Shown here: one piece after another, positions 63,562 to 64,000 of the stretch
How positions within the stretch are numbered: the first letter of the stretch is position 1
How the letters are laid out: each line of letters opens with the position of its first letter
Assembly (NCBI GenBank): GCA_963843575.1
Contig: CAWJKZ010000019.1
Span: forward strand, 384,001-448,000
Source of the DNA: an uncultured Acidobacteriota bacterium
Lineage (GTDB): Bacteria; Acidobacteriota; UBA6911
DNA length: 64,000 nucleotides
Reading direction: 5' to 3'
The notes under the pieces: model-generated
What the model was told of the DNA's origin: nothing
Databases searched by the model: none
What the model saw: the letters and a program-made list of their open reading frames with translations, nothing else
Made by a program: the position numbers and the translations under genes

Positions 63562-64000
63562 TCAGGCTCCCAGGTCCCAGCGGCGGAAGTAGAGCGCCTG
63601 TCGCACGATCGGCAGGGTTTTGAACTCGATCTCGCGCATCTGTTGGTCCGACAGCGGACTGAACTCGGACGCCGTCTTCACATTCTCTTCGAGCTGCGCC
63701 ACGTTGTCGACGCCGACGATGCTTGTGCTCACCGGCAGGGACATGTTGTAGGAAAGGGCCTCCTTCATCGTCAGCGTTCCCCGGAGCTTCGTGCGCAGTC
63801 GCTCCGGCTGCTGTTCGAGCGGCGGAGGATTCCAGGTGGACAAGACCCTGCCGCGGGTCGTGATCTTCATGCCGATGATGGCGATGCCCCGCTTCTGCGC
63901 CTCGGGGAGCAGGTGACGGATGAAGCTCAGGTAATGGACGTCGGCCGCATTGAGCGCCATGAGAATCGAGTCGAATGGATAGCGCTTGATCGCCTCGAGC
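63562..64000 (-). CDS. Aldo/keto reductase, C-terminal part (extends beyond the window)
   Basis: YPFDSILMALNAAD, IIGMK, LSYNMSLPVSTSIVGVDNVAQLEEN. Confidence 0.85.
   Translation of the reverse strand, partial: LEAIKRYPFDSILMALNAADVHYLSFIRHLLPEAQKRGIAIIGMKITTRGRVLSTWNPPPLEQQPERLRTKLRGTLTMKEALSYNMSLPVSTSIVGVDNVAQLEENVKTASEFSPLSDQQMREIEFKTLPIVRQALYFRRWDLGA

Overview
High-GC bacterial DNA whose gene repertoire (CRTAC1/ASPIC-UnbV protein, carboxypeptidase-domain TonB-dependent receptor, many Tat-exported Gfo/Idh/MocA oxidoreductases, DUF1080) suggests Acidobacteriota (inference). The assembly has many single-base indels, so several genes are split across frames. About 1.6-32.5 kb is a large amino-sugar/glycan utilization locus: a TonB-dependent receptor, six GH20-like paralogs, GH27, GH109, a NagX/HGSNAT-like acyltransferase, an EamA transporter, two DegT-family aminotransferases, oxidoreductases and an atypical URO-D-fold protein. 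About 32.7-42.5 kb is envelope/stress-like: LemA+GIDE, LysM, an ECF sigma with back-to-back cognate promoters, and YdjI/YdjG-like proteins. Next come an orphan NRPS-like A-A-T protein, an MBL hydrolase, a small alarmone hydrolase, MscS, heparinase II/III, DUF1080, SLC13 and ABC transporters, mlaEFD, GH95 and a partial aldo/keto reductase. Intergenic DNA carries at least six dispersed repeat families, including a ~100-bp element with an IHF-like site and helically phased A/T tracts. No rRNA, tRNA, CRISPR array or transposase was recognised.
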